Positions 52,017 through 64,000 of a stretch of DNA of 64,000 nt are shown piece after piece. The first letter of the stretch is position 1. Each line of letters opens with the position of its first letter. The notes under the pieces are model-generated. The model was given only the letters and a program-made list of their open reading frames with translations. It did no database searches and was not told the DNA's origin. The stretch covers positions 54,622,001 to 54,686,000 of the forward strand of contig OX597821.1 in NCBI GenBank assembly GCA_951406725.2, read 5' to 3'. A program made the translations under genes and the position numbers. This stretch comes from Octopus vulgaris (taxonomy: Eukaryota).

Positions 52017-53682
52017 GGTTCCGGTGTTTTTTGAGGTGTGCGGTCCTTTTCACAATGTTAACATCGTTTTGTTTTGTGTCAGTGTTTTTTTAAAACACAT
52101 TGCTAATTGTTTTTGTGCTGCTTTGCAGCAATATGTTTGCGCTTTCTCTCCTTTTTAAGGTGAGTTAGCAATGGAGGAAAATAAGTCGATGTTTTTTTCA
52201 AACCTTAGTGGGTCTGAACTATCGTCGTTAGAAGAAGAACTGCTTAGAACAGTAGGAAAAATAGATGAAATAATTAAGAAATATGAAAAAAAAAAGGAGA
52301 ACTTCGCGGAAGTGACAAGACAAGAGGAAGAGGAGATTGATTAGGAGAATCAGTAATTTTAAAAATTTGACCTGTAGAGAGGGGTACAACTCGGAGTTGT
52401 ATCCCGCCAAAGGAAATGTTGGAAGGAATCAGAAAGAAAACAGTTACATACAAAACATTCTCAACGAAAGCAGGCAGGATTGAAAACATAAATACCAGCC
52501 TAATAGAAAAAGTACTAAGGTCCATGTGGCAGGATATAGTCTTTGTAAGGAGAAGAACGAGATTTGTTACAGGGGAGGTGAGGTTCGCAAAAGAACAAAA
52601 CGCAAAGAAACAGGCAGCAAAAACAATAAAGGACGAAGTGGTGCTGTTGCCCACTTATATTGGCAGAAGTATTAAAGTTGAAGATATTCCACCCGAAATA
52701 AATGTGGACTGGGTAGCGGCCGCAGTTCTCAAAGGAAGTGAGGACGATATAGCAGTGCTCCAGGGTACGGGAACAGATGCAGATGTGAGATGACTGTGCA
52801 GGCATCAGCGTAATCCTTGGAAAAGATAGCAGAGATGGTCTTGATTGATGAAACAGAGATGAGGGTCAAGGTACAGGGCAGACTTCCAACATACTACAAA
52901 TGTAGTCTAAAGGGCCACAGAGTGGATTGCTCTTCACCGCCCGAGAAAAAAGTGGAAGAACGATCAAAGAAAGCAAAGGAACCTGCAGGGATAAAAGATA
53001 AAGAGGAGGAGAAACTAACAGAAGAAGCATGGAAAGTGATAGGCGGGGGGAAAAAAAGAAAGAAGGCAAGTAATTTGAACTCTGAACCTCAACCCACACC
53101 AACCCATACCTACTCCACCCATACCCTCTCAGACCCACCCTTCCCTCACAGACACCGAGCCTACCTATTCCCCTCCGACACGAAAACAAAAAGAAACATA
53201 CACACGCAATCTCAAACTCCCTCCCCCTAGACGAAAAAGACATTTCTAGTAATCATGATTGGCAATTCAGACGAGGATTTGTGTAAGTAGGATGACTCTA
53301 AGGGGTTGAGAACTGAAGGGTTTGATAATGTTCAGACGCTGCACCGTTCTGTGCTACCTACAGAGAAACAGTTGGAAAGAGTACTGAAACATAAAAGTGG
53401 ATATAGGTGGTGGGAGATAGAGATGGATAGGAAGGAGCTACCGGGATTTTCGACGTACGAGGAGATACTAGAACTATATGGGGTTGACATTCTAGAAGGA
53501 ACGAGGTACAAGAGGTGATAAAGGGTCGAAATGGAGTCGCCCAGAAGTGAGACTCAGTAGCCCCATTCCATTAATTCATTTTCATGTTATCATTCATCTT
53601 TGTCCTACGTTTGTTTTTTTGATTTGTCGTTCTATGTCCCCACATGTGATGTGTTGGCCCCCTGGTGGGCAATAAAGAATCA
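52017..53682 (+). mobile_element. ORF1-only (HAL1-like) non-autonomous Tx1/L1-type retroelement, decayed, inserted in a family B SINE head
   Basis: Broken ORF from ATG 52171 to ~53518 with RRM-like region and degenerate zinc knuckle GRLPT(Y)YKCSLKGHRVDC. No RT. T-rich 3' UTR ends gcccctggtgggcaataaagaa. TSD gaaacgccagcac (52004-52016) / gaaatgttagcac (53683-53695). Confidence 0.72.
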
Positions 53683-54209
53683 AGAAATGTTAGCACACCA
53701 GGCGAAATGCTTAGCAGCATTTCGTCTATCTTTATGTTCTGAGTTCAGATTCCACAGCAGCTATAGTAAATTGTATGCGCACAGCTCCACCTGGACTAAT
53801 TCACTTCTGCACTCAAATTTTTCATCTTTTAATTTCTCCCATTCATGCAAAGCCACATATTCGAGTTCAAGTCCTTCATACATTTTATACTAATTGCTAT
53901 TTTATCTTTTAATTGTTATATTACGATTTAATTACCATTTTAATAAAATAAAATATATTTAATTACTACTTACTAAACGTCGGGTTTTTTGCCTGTTCTG
54001 TAGATATAAATGAATATATGAATATATGTATGTGTTTGATCTTTCTGTGGATTTTGTAGTGCTCTTGTAGTTGCTGCTCGCATTGCCTCCCCTCGGATTA
54101 AAAAGTGTATACAGCTCATTTGAGCACTACTATTCCAGTCTGTTATATATTTTGAGCGTTGTTGTCACTAACGATCTCAAGATATAACTTTATATTTTGT
54201 AATATATAT

Positions 54210-54612
54210 ACATACAATAGAGAGATGTTTTTGTTTCACTTTTAACACGTAATACTGAAATAGTGGAGAAAATATGATATTGCTGTGGGCTCGCTCTAGG
54301 CAAGAAGTTAAACATTTTTTTTCGCCCATGACACTACATGAACCCTAAGTAAGGCATGTGTAAAATTTGAATGAAATTGGTTGTGTAGTTCTCAAGTTTT
54401 AGGGAATCAGAGTGGAGAAGATATGATATTGCTGTGGGCTCGCTCTAGGCAAAATGTTAAACATTTTTTTAGCCGATGACACTCCCCGGACCCCAAGAAA
54501 GACATGTGTGAAATTTGAATGAAATTGGTTGTGTAGTTCTTAAGTTTTAGGGAAACACACAGACAGACAGACAGACAGACACACACACATTCTCAGTTTT
54601 ATATATAGAGAG
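54210..54612 (+). mobile_element. HINE/DINE-1-like element with two ~150-bp internal direct repeats
   Basis: agtggagaa..aaatttgaatgaaattggttgtgtagttct..ttttagggaa twice, (ACAG)n, then ttttatatatagag end. Confidence 0.65.
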
Positions 54613-54679
54613 ATTACGTGTTCTATTTTAAAGACTGTAGCGTCTTAAACTATGCTGTCCTGTGTTCCACTAATTTGCA

Positions 54680-55430
54680 GTTTGCTGCACTATATTGCGC
54701 TGCGCTGAACAAGTAGCACTACAATGCTACATGGTATTGCACCATACTGGATTTCGATACTTAGCTGCAGTATGATGCATCAGTTTAATATGAAGCATCA
54801 TAGTGTTGCACATAATTACGCCATACTGCACAGGTTTGCACTAGTATATTTTCAGTATGTTACATTGAGCAATGCTATTACTGCCCTACACTACACTCTA
54901 CTGTGCGGTGTTGTTCTGCTCTACACAGTAGAGCTGTTTACTGCCCTGTTGCTTTACACTGCAATATTTTAAACTATATTGTTCATTAAATTGTACAATA
55001 TGCACTATGCTAAATTAAGTTATGCTGGGCCCATACTATACCTATTTCTTTACTACCCACAAGGGGCTAAACACAGAGGTGGCAAACAAGGACAGACAAA
55101 CGGATTAAGACGATTACATCGAATCCAGTGCGTAACTGGTACTTATTTAATCGACCCCGAAAGGATGAAAGGCAAAGTCGACTTCGGCGGAATTTGAACT
55201 CAGAACGTAACGGCAACCATACCACATTACATGCTCTATATGCGCTGCATTACAATACAGCTGAGGGCATCTTAATACACTTAAGCATACTGCATTATTG
55301 TGCATGTCAGTAGAAGTCATTACTGTACGATGCACGATAGTGCAACGTGTAACAGTACAACGCACGTCTGCATGGTTTTACTCAATGTAACACAGTGCAT
55401 CACAGCGCAACACAATGTAACAGTGTAACG
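54680..55430. repeat. Decayed pentameric (CTGCA/CTACA-like) satellite with a family B SINE inserted (55044-55215, minus)
   Basis: Recurrent actgc/ctaca/tgcac 5-mers; the SINE matches 46762-46930. Confidence 0.55.
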
Positions 55431-56494
55431 GTGGTGGTGACTTGCACTTCGCTGCTTCCATGTGTATCAGGGGAGGTAACTTACCCAATACTATGTAGTG
55501 GAAAAGGTATTTTCAAAACAGAACTTCTATATTTTACTTTCAATGTCAGACATGATGACATTGGAAGAATATAGTTTCGGTTCTTTTCCTATTGAAGATC
55601 TGTAAAAGTATGTTCCCTGCAAAACAAAAAGCTCTCTCTCTCTCTATTTGTATATCTCTCCCTGCCACCTAATCCTTCATCACTCCTTCAATGCTCATAT
55701 ATAAAAAGAAAAACGATTATACAGTTGATATTAGATAACATACACAGGATGTTTAAATCTTATCTAAGGGACATAACTGTAATGAACTTCAAGGGCAGAG
55801 TCTTTTTTTTTTTAGTTACTTTTATTTCTGAATCAGTTCCCAATTTTCCCATTACTGAGATTCGTAAATCGGATGTAGTGTTTTCAGACGTCAGTTAATA
55901 AAAAGAGCCCCGGTTATTCTCTTCCATTTAATCATTTCCGGTTACTGAATTTACCTTTCTACTCTGGGAAGGTTCTTTAACACAGAATACTTCAGTAAAA
56001 CGAATCCCCCGTTATAAAAATAAATACATAACGTTGTATAACTAACCTTAGAAAAATAATTCCAAGAACTTAAAATTATTTTACTTGAAATCCAATAACA
56101 GTTAGTTTAATCAATAACATAATAGAGCGTGCAAACCGATAGACATCCAAGAACTAGGAAAATCAAGAAAACCCCACTGATACATTTAAAACTTTACCTT
56201 ATATATCAACTAACACTCTAAGTAACATGGACGCATAAAACTTCATCCATAAGACTATATCCCTTTTGATGAACAACCTGTGAGTGAAAAAAATCCACAT
56301 AAAAAGCATAAAATTATAAAAAGTAAAAGACAACTTAAGTCTCCAAAGAGGCTATTTACTAGTGACAAACTACCCACCAAGAATACTACCCCAGCAGTCC
56401 AAAAACTGTAACCATGTTAATTGCAGAATCTGCATCAATCTTATGGAATGTTAAGCAAAGGAATTCAAGTCAGGACCCATATGAATTCAAGTTG

Positions 56495-56812
56495 TGTCCA
56501 GTTTCACTGTGCAGTACCTTGAGCAAGTGTCTTCTACTAAGGCCTTGGGCCAACCAAAGCCTTGTGAGTGAATTTGGTAGGTAGAAACTGAAAAAAGCCC
56601 ATAGTGTGTGTGTGTCTTTGCTTCCCACAACCACTTGACAACTGGTGTTGGTGTGTTTACATCACTGTAACATAGTAGTTCAGCAAAAACACTGATACAA
56701 TAAGTACCAGGTTTAAGAGAAAAATAAGTACTGGTGCTCATTTCTTTGATAAAAGTTTTTAATGCAGTGCCCCAGAATGGCCATTCTGATGGCTAAAACA
56801 AGTAAAAGAAAA
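56495..56812 (+). mobile_element. Old family A SINE
   Basis: ccttgagcaagtgtcttctacta...aaacaagtaaaaga. Confidence 0.7.
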
Positions 56813-57029
56813 GGAGGAAGATATATGAATGTATATGTATATATGTATTTGTATAAATGAATGTATATATTTATCTTTTATTTTTAACTGGTTTCACCCA
56901 AAAGTTGAGGCCATCCTGGGGCACTACCTTTCAGTGTGATTAGTTTTCTTTCCTGTTTTGTTTCTGTGAAGTTGCAGCTAAGATAGAACTGTTCTTCTTT
57001 GTGCTTCCTGTCACAATGGGGGGTTCATC

Positions 57030-57270
57030 TGGTATCTCAGATAAAAATTTGTCCAGACATTATTTGAAGACTTCTGCATCTAACCATCTGAAATCTCTGT
57101 CTACTATTTTGCAGAATGTTAAATAGTTGTGGACCCTTAAAACCCAAGCACTTACAGTAGTGGGTCCTTATTTGAGATGGAGAAGATGAGATCATTAGTA
57201 CTATGCAGTACCTTCCAGATCAGTTAGGAGCTATACTTTCCAGGATCTTCTATAAATATATCACAACATA
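57030..57270 (-). mobile_element. CR1-like LINE 3' remnant
   Basis: Minus-strand LGFKGPQLFNIL and FK*CLDK. Confidence 0.55.
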
Positions 57271-57271
57271 T

Positions 57272-57438
57272 CTGGAGGCCGTGGTTGAAGCTAATGGCAA
57301 TTTTATTGAATGAATTTAATTTTAAGATTTTCAAGATATTTTTATGTAATTTTGGTAAATATATCTCTTAAAATGAGATGTCAGTGTTATTTTCATTTTT
57401 GCATAATTTAGACAACAATATATTCACTGCACCCTGTA
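57272..57438 (+). mobile_element. Tc1/mariner 3' end fragment
   Basis: LEAVVEANGNFIE* followed by TIR end caccctg-TA. Confidence 0.65.
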
Positions 57439-58027
57439 TGTGTGTGTGCGTGTGTGTGTGTATATATGTTTCTTTTTATGTTTAGCTATAATGAAAATAG
57501 TTTTACATTAATCTGAGGGGTTACTCTATACTTTTGTAGAGTGCAAATTTATTCTTAAACAAGAATTTTGTTGACAGTGACTTTTAAGTTTAGGCCAGAT
57601 AAGCCATTATCAGACTACTGTGTATTAGAGTTAATCTAGACTTCCTACAGTCTTTGTTGGGTTAAAGTCTTCCTTGAGTGAGCAGGTTTGAGTGTGGTGG
57701 TAATTAGGTTTTTAGAGTGGGTTGTTCTGAAGCGGTGTTTTTGAGAAATTTCATTCATTAAATTTGGGGTTATGTTCGTGTTTAGAATTTATTCAGGCAC
57801 GTAAAAGCTTTGTAACCAAGTGTGTAAGTTTAGGTATATCTCTTTTGTTAGGTAAGTACAAGATGTATTAGTAGTTTAGTTATTTTTGGTCACATTTGAT
57901 TTAATCTTTTGCTTTAACAATGTAAAGGTTAAAGGTACAAAGTTCAGTATTTAGAAACTTAATAACTTGGTGTCTTAGCTTTTTTTGTAATGAAATTTTT
58001 TAGTGGGGTTCACATGTGTGTGTTATG

Positions 58028-58029
<2 letters not shown>

Positions 58030-58126
<97 letters not shown>

Positions 58127-58375
58127 GTATACATGCATGTATGTATGTATGTATGTATGTATGTATGTATGCATGTATATATATGTATGCATGTATGTAT
58201 GTATGTATGTATGTATGCATGTATATATATGTATGTATGCATGTATATATGCATGTATGTATGCATGTATGTCTGCATGTATATATACATGTATGTATGC
58301 ATGTATATATGCATGGATGGATGCATGTATATATGTATGGATGTATGCATGTATATATGCATGTATTATGTACGT
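58030..58375. repeat. (CT)n-(TA)n-(TATG/CATG)n compound microsatellite
   Basis: Direct inspection. Confidence 0.92.
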
Positions 58376-58676
58376 ATCTACCACATGGTAGAAAGTTTAA
58401 TTTTATTTGTCTGACCAGTTGTCCATAATGCTTTGGCTCTCATGGATATGAAGCCTTTGGTAACTCTATGACCAGAATTTAATATTTTGTTTTAATAATT
58501 GCTGCTCTATTCTTTAGAGTGGGCTTCTTTTCTGATATATATTTTATTAACTATATGTATATAAGTGTGTGTGTGTGTATGTATGTGTGCATATAGATGT
58601 ATAATATATATGTGTGTATGTATGTGCATGTGTGTATGCACAGAGACACAGCTAAGGGAGAAACAGACATACAGAC

Positions 58677-58726
<50 letters not shown>

Positions 58727-59008
58727 GCAGATAGATAGACAGATAGACAGACGGACGGACAGAAAAATGAACTGAGTATATTCCGGAGAAACCTTTTAGT
58801 CCTTTTAGGATTTAACCATAGGAAGAAGGACAATGTTCCCAACCATTTTGTAGGTATCTTAGTAGCTGGTTTATGTGTGTGTGTGTGTGTAGGGGGGGAG
58901 ACAGGCAGATGTTGGTTCAGTCTAACACCAGAGACCTGGTCTGAATCACTACAGAACCCCAGTAAAGGCATCCAAAGTTCATGTGGTGATGTTAAATTAG
59001 GCGAAAAG

Positions 59009-59240
59009 TTAACTCTTTTGCATTCAGATTATTCTGTGAAATGAAATGTTTATTTATTCACATTATTTTGAGTTAATCATGTATTATCTCATAGTTTCGA
59101 GATTTCAATGATGTGATTGTATATTTTTACAATGAAATTTTTAGGTCAGTTTGAGAGACCAGATCTATCCAGTTTTAACATAAAACAGGTAGAAAATTTG
59201 GTGCGTGATGTGGCCAGTTTAAATGCTAAAAAAGGGTTAA
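59009..59240 (-). mobile_element. Uninterrupted piggyBac-type MITE
   Basis: ttaactcttttgcatt ... aatgctaaaaaagggttaa, TTAA at both ends. Confidence 0.7.
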
Positions 59241-59335
59241 TCAACAACAATCAAGAAGAGTTATGGTTCGTACAGCAAACTTCAACATAGTTTTTGTCTA
59301 AACTTTGTGTTGAGCTAAGGTTATAGTAAAGAGAA

Positions 59336-59729
59336 GGCGCAATGGCCCAGTGGTTAGGGCAGTGGACTCGCAGTCATAGGATCGCAGTTTTGATTCCCAG
59401 ACCGGGCGTTGTGAGTGTTTATTGAGCGAAAACACCTAAAGCTCCACGAGGCTCCGGCAGGGGATGGTGGTGATCCCTGCTGTACTCTTTCACCACAACT
59501 TTCTCTCACTCTTACTTCCCGTTTCTGTTGTACCTGTATTTCAAAGGGCCGGCCTTGTCACTCTCTGTGTCACGCTGAATATCCCCAAGAACTACGTTAA
59601 GGGTACACGTGTCTGTGGAGTGCTCAGCTACTTACACGTTAATTTCATGAGCAGGCTGTTCCGTTGATTCGGATCAACCGGAACCCTCGTCGTCGTAACA
59701 AACGGAGTGCTTCCAAAAAAAAAAAAAAA
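59336..59729 (+). mobile_element. Young poly(A)-tailed tRNA SINE sharing the family C 3' half
   Basis: Head tggcccagtggttagg..gattccc, CpG retained, A16 tail, perfect TSD atagtaaagagaa at 59323-59335 / 59730-59742. Confidence 0.9.
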
Positions 59730-60628
59730 ATAGTAAAGAGAATATATCTATCAAAAGTATTACACAATGATATTGAACCTGCAGCCAGGGGATTGTAAAG
59801 CAAAATTCTTAACCGCTCAGACTTTCAGTTTGTCATGATCACCTCAACTCAACCCCTATGTCAGTAACCTTTCTCTTATTATTGCCTGCAGAAATTTTAT
59901 TCATCAGTGAAATGTGGCTTTTTACACAGAGGTTAGAAATGAAGGCATTCTTTCTGATATCTTCTCCATTGCATTGTATCTCTGAATTCAAATACTATTT
60001 GTGTTAATAAATAACTGCCAGTCATTTGCTTCTTTTCTGATTGTCCAATGTAACAGAGATACTTGCTACAAGTGAAGAAAATTCATATATGTATTCTGTT
60101 CATGCTTTTAGGATCTATTCGAGAAAATTTTCTTTAGAGAGTGTCAGAAACAGTAAAGTATTGGATAAAACACCATGAGGTATTTCTTTGAAATATTTAC
60201 TAATTCTAATCTTGCTGATGTCAACTTTATCCTTTGTTACTGTGGTGTTGATAGGCTAAAGTACCTGTCAAGAACTCAGGGCAAGACATCTGACTAAACC
60301 CTTCCACTGAAAACGACTAATCTCAAACCTCTAAATTAGAAACATTAAAAAGATGGCAAGGTGGTAGACTTGTTACAGCCTTGCATAAAAATGCTTTGTG
60401 ATATTTCATCCAGCTCTTTACATTCTGTGGTCAAATTCCACCACGAACGACTTTGCTTTTGATCTTTTTGCAAGAGATAAAATAAAGTACCACTCAATTA
60501 CTGACCTTGTGCCAAATTTTGAAACCATTATTATTATTATAGTTGTTATTATGAAGGTTGGTAGAGTGGCAATACCATTACAGCATTTCTTGTGACTCAA
60601 CATTCTGAGCTGAAATACTGTCATGGAC

Positions 60629-61040
60629 TCTCTTTTACTCTTTACTCTCTTTACTTGTTTCAGTCATTTGACTGCGGCCATGCTGGAGCACCGCTTTTTG
60701 TCGAGCAAATTGACCCCGAGACTTATTCTTTGTAAGCCCAGTACTTATTCTATCGGTCTCTTTTGCCGAACTGCTAAGTGACGGGGACGTAAACACACCA
60801 GCATCGGTTGTCAAGCAATGCTAGGGGGACAAACACAGACACACAAATATATACACACACATACATATATATATAAATACATATATACGATAGGCTTATT
60901 TCAGTTTCCGTCTACCAAATCCACTCACAAGGCATTGGTCGGCCCGAGGCTATAGCAGAAGACACTTGCCCAAGATGCCACGCAGTGGGACTGAACTCGG
61001 AACCATGTGGTTGGTAAGCAAGCTACTTACCACACAGCCA
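60629..61040 (-). mobile_element. Young full-length family A SINE
   Basis: (ctctttta)n tail, CpG-rich body, head ttaccacacagcca. Confidence 0.9.
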
Positions 61041-61738
61041 ATTGTTTTGTTTTTTTTTCTTTCAGGGTTGATTAAATATAGTCCCAGTCAAGAACTGAGG
61101 CCAAGGCATTGACTAGTCTTTCTACTCGAAATTGCTGATCAGGAACCATTGATTTCATAGTGAATAGCTTCAGTAAATCAGCTTTTGTTGCTAATGTACT
61201 GGAAAGAGAGAAGAACAAATTCTCTGTTTTGTCCTCTGCTGATATCATTCTCATAACTAATTTATTTAAAATAAATAGTCATGTTTAAAAATATGTGAGC
61301 AGGTAGACTGGAGCATGTAGAAGCTGTGTAAGTTGTCAAGTCTTCTGAAATTCTCTTACAAAATCTACAGGCAGCTAACTAATAAGCCAGGTGAAAATGA
61401 TGGCAGCAGTGAGAGCAACAGAGACAATGGCATTTGCAGCACTGGCAGCTACAGTTACAGTAGCAGTGGTGGTAGTTAATTCTATAAAGTTTGCTCTCAG
61501 CTTGTCAATCTATTGCAAATGTTCACATACAAGGGTTCAAGAGGAACAAAATTGACAACAATCTTAATATAGGAAGGCCTGCAAGAACCATGGACATTGT
61601 CCCTTCCTCTAGATCCAGCAAGTAAAAAGAAAACTGCTTCATATAATATGTATGATATACATAAAGTACTATAGATTTCAGCTAATGCTACAACTATAAA
61701 TTAAACTTATTTAAATAAGATATACTATATATTATAAG

Positions 61739-62040
61739 CGTAGGAGTGGTTGTGTCGTAAGTAGCTTGCTTACCAACCACATGGTTCCAGGTTCAGTCCC
61801 ATTGTGTGGCACCTTGGGCAAGTGTCTTCTACTATAGCTTCAGGCCGACCAAAACCTTGTAAGTGGATTTGGTAGACGGAAACTGAAAGAAGCCTATCTA
61901 TATGTGTGTGTATATGTTTGTTCCCCCAACATCGCTTGACAACCGATGCTGGTGTGTTTATGTCCCCCATAATTTAGCAGTTCGGCAAAAGAGACCAATA
62001 GAATAAGTACTAGGCTTACAAAGAATAAGTCCTGGGGTCA
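61739..62040 (+). mobile_element. 3'-truncated family A SINE
   Basis: Matches 38123-38450. Confidence 0.85.
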
Positions 62041-62199
62041 ATAAAATGAAGTACAATTCATGTACTGGTGGGGTCAATGAAATTGACTAACCAACTCCTC
62101 TTAAAATTGTTGGCCTTATGCAAAAATCTGAAAACATTATCATTATTATCATATAATTGTTCAATATTTGGTAGTTTGGGGCAAATTTCTACTGTATCA

Positions 62200-63330
62200 C
62201 TCACTACCCCAACTTTTTCTTCTGCAGATTTTCACTCAAGGGAATCATCCCAGCACAAATATCAGTGGGAATACACTGTCCTTCCTTGAAGATTTCTCTC
62301 CTAATTTTTCATTTCTCCTAACACCTGATTCCCTTCTGTCAATTCAGTTCTCTAACATTTCATACTGTTCCATATAAGGCATCTCACGTTTTCTGCTACT
62401 CCATACATATATATCCATAGTTCTTGTTATCCAAGAGCATGGTATCATATTGTATGCTTTATGATAATCAATCCATGCCATGCTTAGATTTGCGTGCCTT
62501 CTCTTGCATTTTCTTGCTCAATAAGTATTTTTGTTCAATAAATAGCAGCCCTCTTTTTTCTAAGTATCAATACAATTCACCACCCGACACACCTAGTAGA
62601 AAACATGTTACTGGTTGGATACACTGTTGCCTTTTTTCAATATCCTTGATATATAACAATGCCTCTCCTTTTGTCATCCAGGTAGTGAGCCTTCCTGCAA
62701 TCACCTGTCCAGTTGTTCTGCTAGCCTTTCATGGAGCCCTCTCAATGTCTTCATCCAATGACCTTGGACACCATCTGGCCCTGAGCTCTTCCATACTGCA
62801 GTTTTATTTATCTGTCTTTTTATCTTTTCTATATTTATTTTTATGTTGTTTTGAACTTGTGTATTTGTTAACCTACCTTGGATTTCAGTCAGCCACTCTG
62901 TATTATCTTTACAGGTTGATCCCAAATTCTTCCCCAGAATGCCCTTTCATCTGCATCTGTTAGGTGTAATTGCCCATATAGTTCCTTAAACAGTTTTTTC
63001 CAGTTGACTTTAAGCAATATCCCCTGCCTGAATTGTTTTGTTCCATTGTCATATATTTCCCATTTTGCCATGATTGCTACTGCACTTTTATGTTCTATAT
63101 GTTCTTTCCAGTTTTATTCTTATGCTTTCATTTTGAAATTCCCTTCTTTCCAATCTGTTGACTTGTCCCAAGTGTCTTCTTAATTTTGCTTCTCACAAAT
63201 TAATCTACGCTAATATGGTTCTTTACATATTGTTTGTTCTCTTCTTTTGTATCTAACTCTTTCTGCGGTAACCCTAGCTACATCACTGATAATCTAGTTA
63301 ATTTCAGTAATATTTCCCATCTGAAATAGC
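62200..63330 (-). mobile_element. Decayed R4/Dong-like (RLE-group) non-LTR reverse transcriptase fragment
   Basis: Minus-strand WKSSGPDGVQGHWMKTLRGLHERLAEQL, KGN..PVTC and AWIDYHKAYNMIPCSWI (RT domain motifs). Confidence 0.75.
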
Positions 63331-63409
63331 CCAAGATTAGAATCTGTCTTTTTGGTTTGTGCTGCTGCTGCTACTGTTGTTGTTGATGCTGCTGTTGTTG
63401 TTATTAAAG

Positions 63410-63625
63410 CAGTAAGCCTGCAGAATTATTAGCATGCCTGGAAAGATGCTTTGTGGCATTTTGTCCATCTCTAAGTTCCAAGTTCAAATTCCACAAGGTT
63501 GATTTTACCATCTTTTTTGAGGATCAATAAAATAAGTACCAGTTGAGCACTGGGGTCGATTTAATCATCTTGTTCTCCCCACCAAAACTGCCAGCCTTAT
63601 ACCAAAATTTGAAACCATTATCATT
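63410..63625 (+). mobile_element. Old family B SINE, short-tail type
   Basis: agttcaaattcc..aaataagtaccagttgagcactggggtcgat. Confidence 0.65.
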
Positions 63626-63714
63626 ATCATCATAATTATAATTATTCTTATTATTATAAAAATTCACCTCCATATAAAAGGTTACTGTGCAAAAATATAT
63701 GAAGTAGTGGGTAT

Positions 63715-63747
<33 letters not shown>

Positions 63748-64000
63748 ATATTTATGTGTGTGTGTGTGTGTTTAGAGAAAGAGAGAGAGAGAGAGAGAAG
63801 CATTTCAATACTTAATATTTTGAAGAACAGAGAAAATTTAGACTTGTGTTATTGATAAACAATTTTAGCAAATTTTGATAATTTTTTTATAATTTTCAAA
63901 ATAAAATTTTTAAAAAAACCGCATATTTTTTAATACTTTTGCATTTCTATTAATTTACTTTCTATTAATTTAATTTCAAGTTGAAAACTTTTCTTCTTTT

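Noticed and set aside
52141-52166. Plus-strand AG|GTGAGT ratchet-like site
   Set aside because: Lies inside a retroelement 5' UTR; no supporting gene context
55880-57980. Possible Penelope RT/endonuclease remnants (55.9-56.45 kb plus; 57.5-58 kb minus)
   Set aside because: Composition is suggestive but I could not read a diagnostic motif; needs a translated HMM search

Overview
AT-rich, microsatellite-dense animal genomic DNA. The SINE and LINE families look like those of octopus (inference). I can support no intact host protein-coding gene. Nearly all ORFs in the track are microsatellite read-throughs or transposon remnants. Recognisable elements: many tRNA-derived SINEs (at least 3 families), RTE, CR1, Tx1/L1-like and R4/Dong-like LINE fragments, two mariner relics, a near-complete decayed Chapaev3 transposon, piggyBac-, Tc1- and other MITEs, Helentron-type HINE-like elements and a decayed 36-bp tandem array. 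The main signal is a recurring set of non-coding, Penelope-like 'hairpin-plus-tail' insertions carrying minimal hammerhead-ribozyme motifs. One family has a tRNA (Pol III) head and is inserted as TSD-flanked head-to-head dimers. Another forms a near-perfect ~670-bp inverted repeat whose hammerhead has a ~85-nt stem II. Other signals: an ORF1-only Tx1-like element that shares its 3' tail with a SINE and sits inside that SINE family, and minus-strand AG|GT sites suggesting a recursively spliced long intron starting at a CpG-richer zone near 48 kb.
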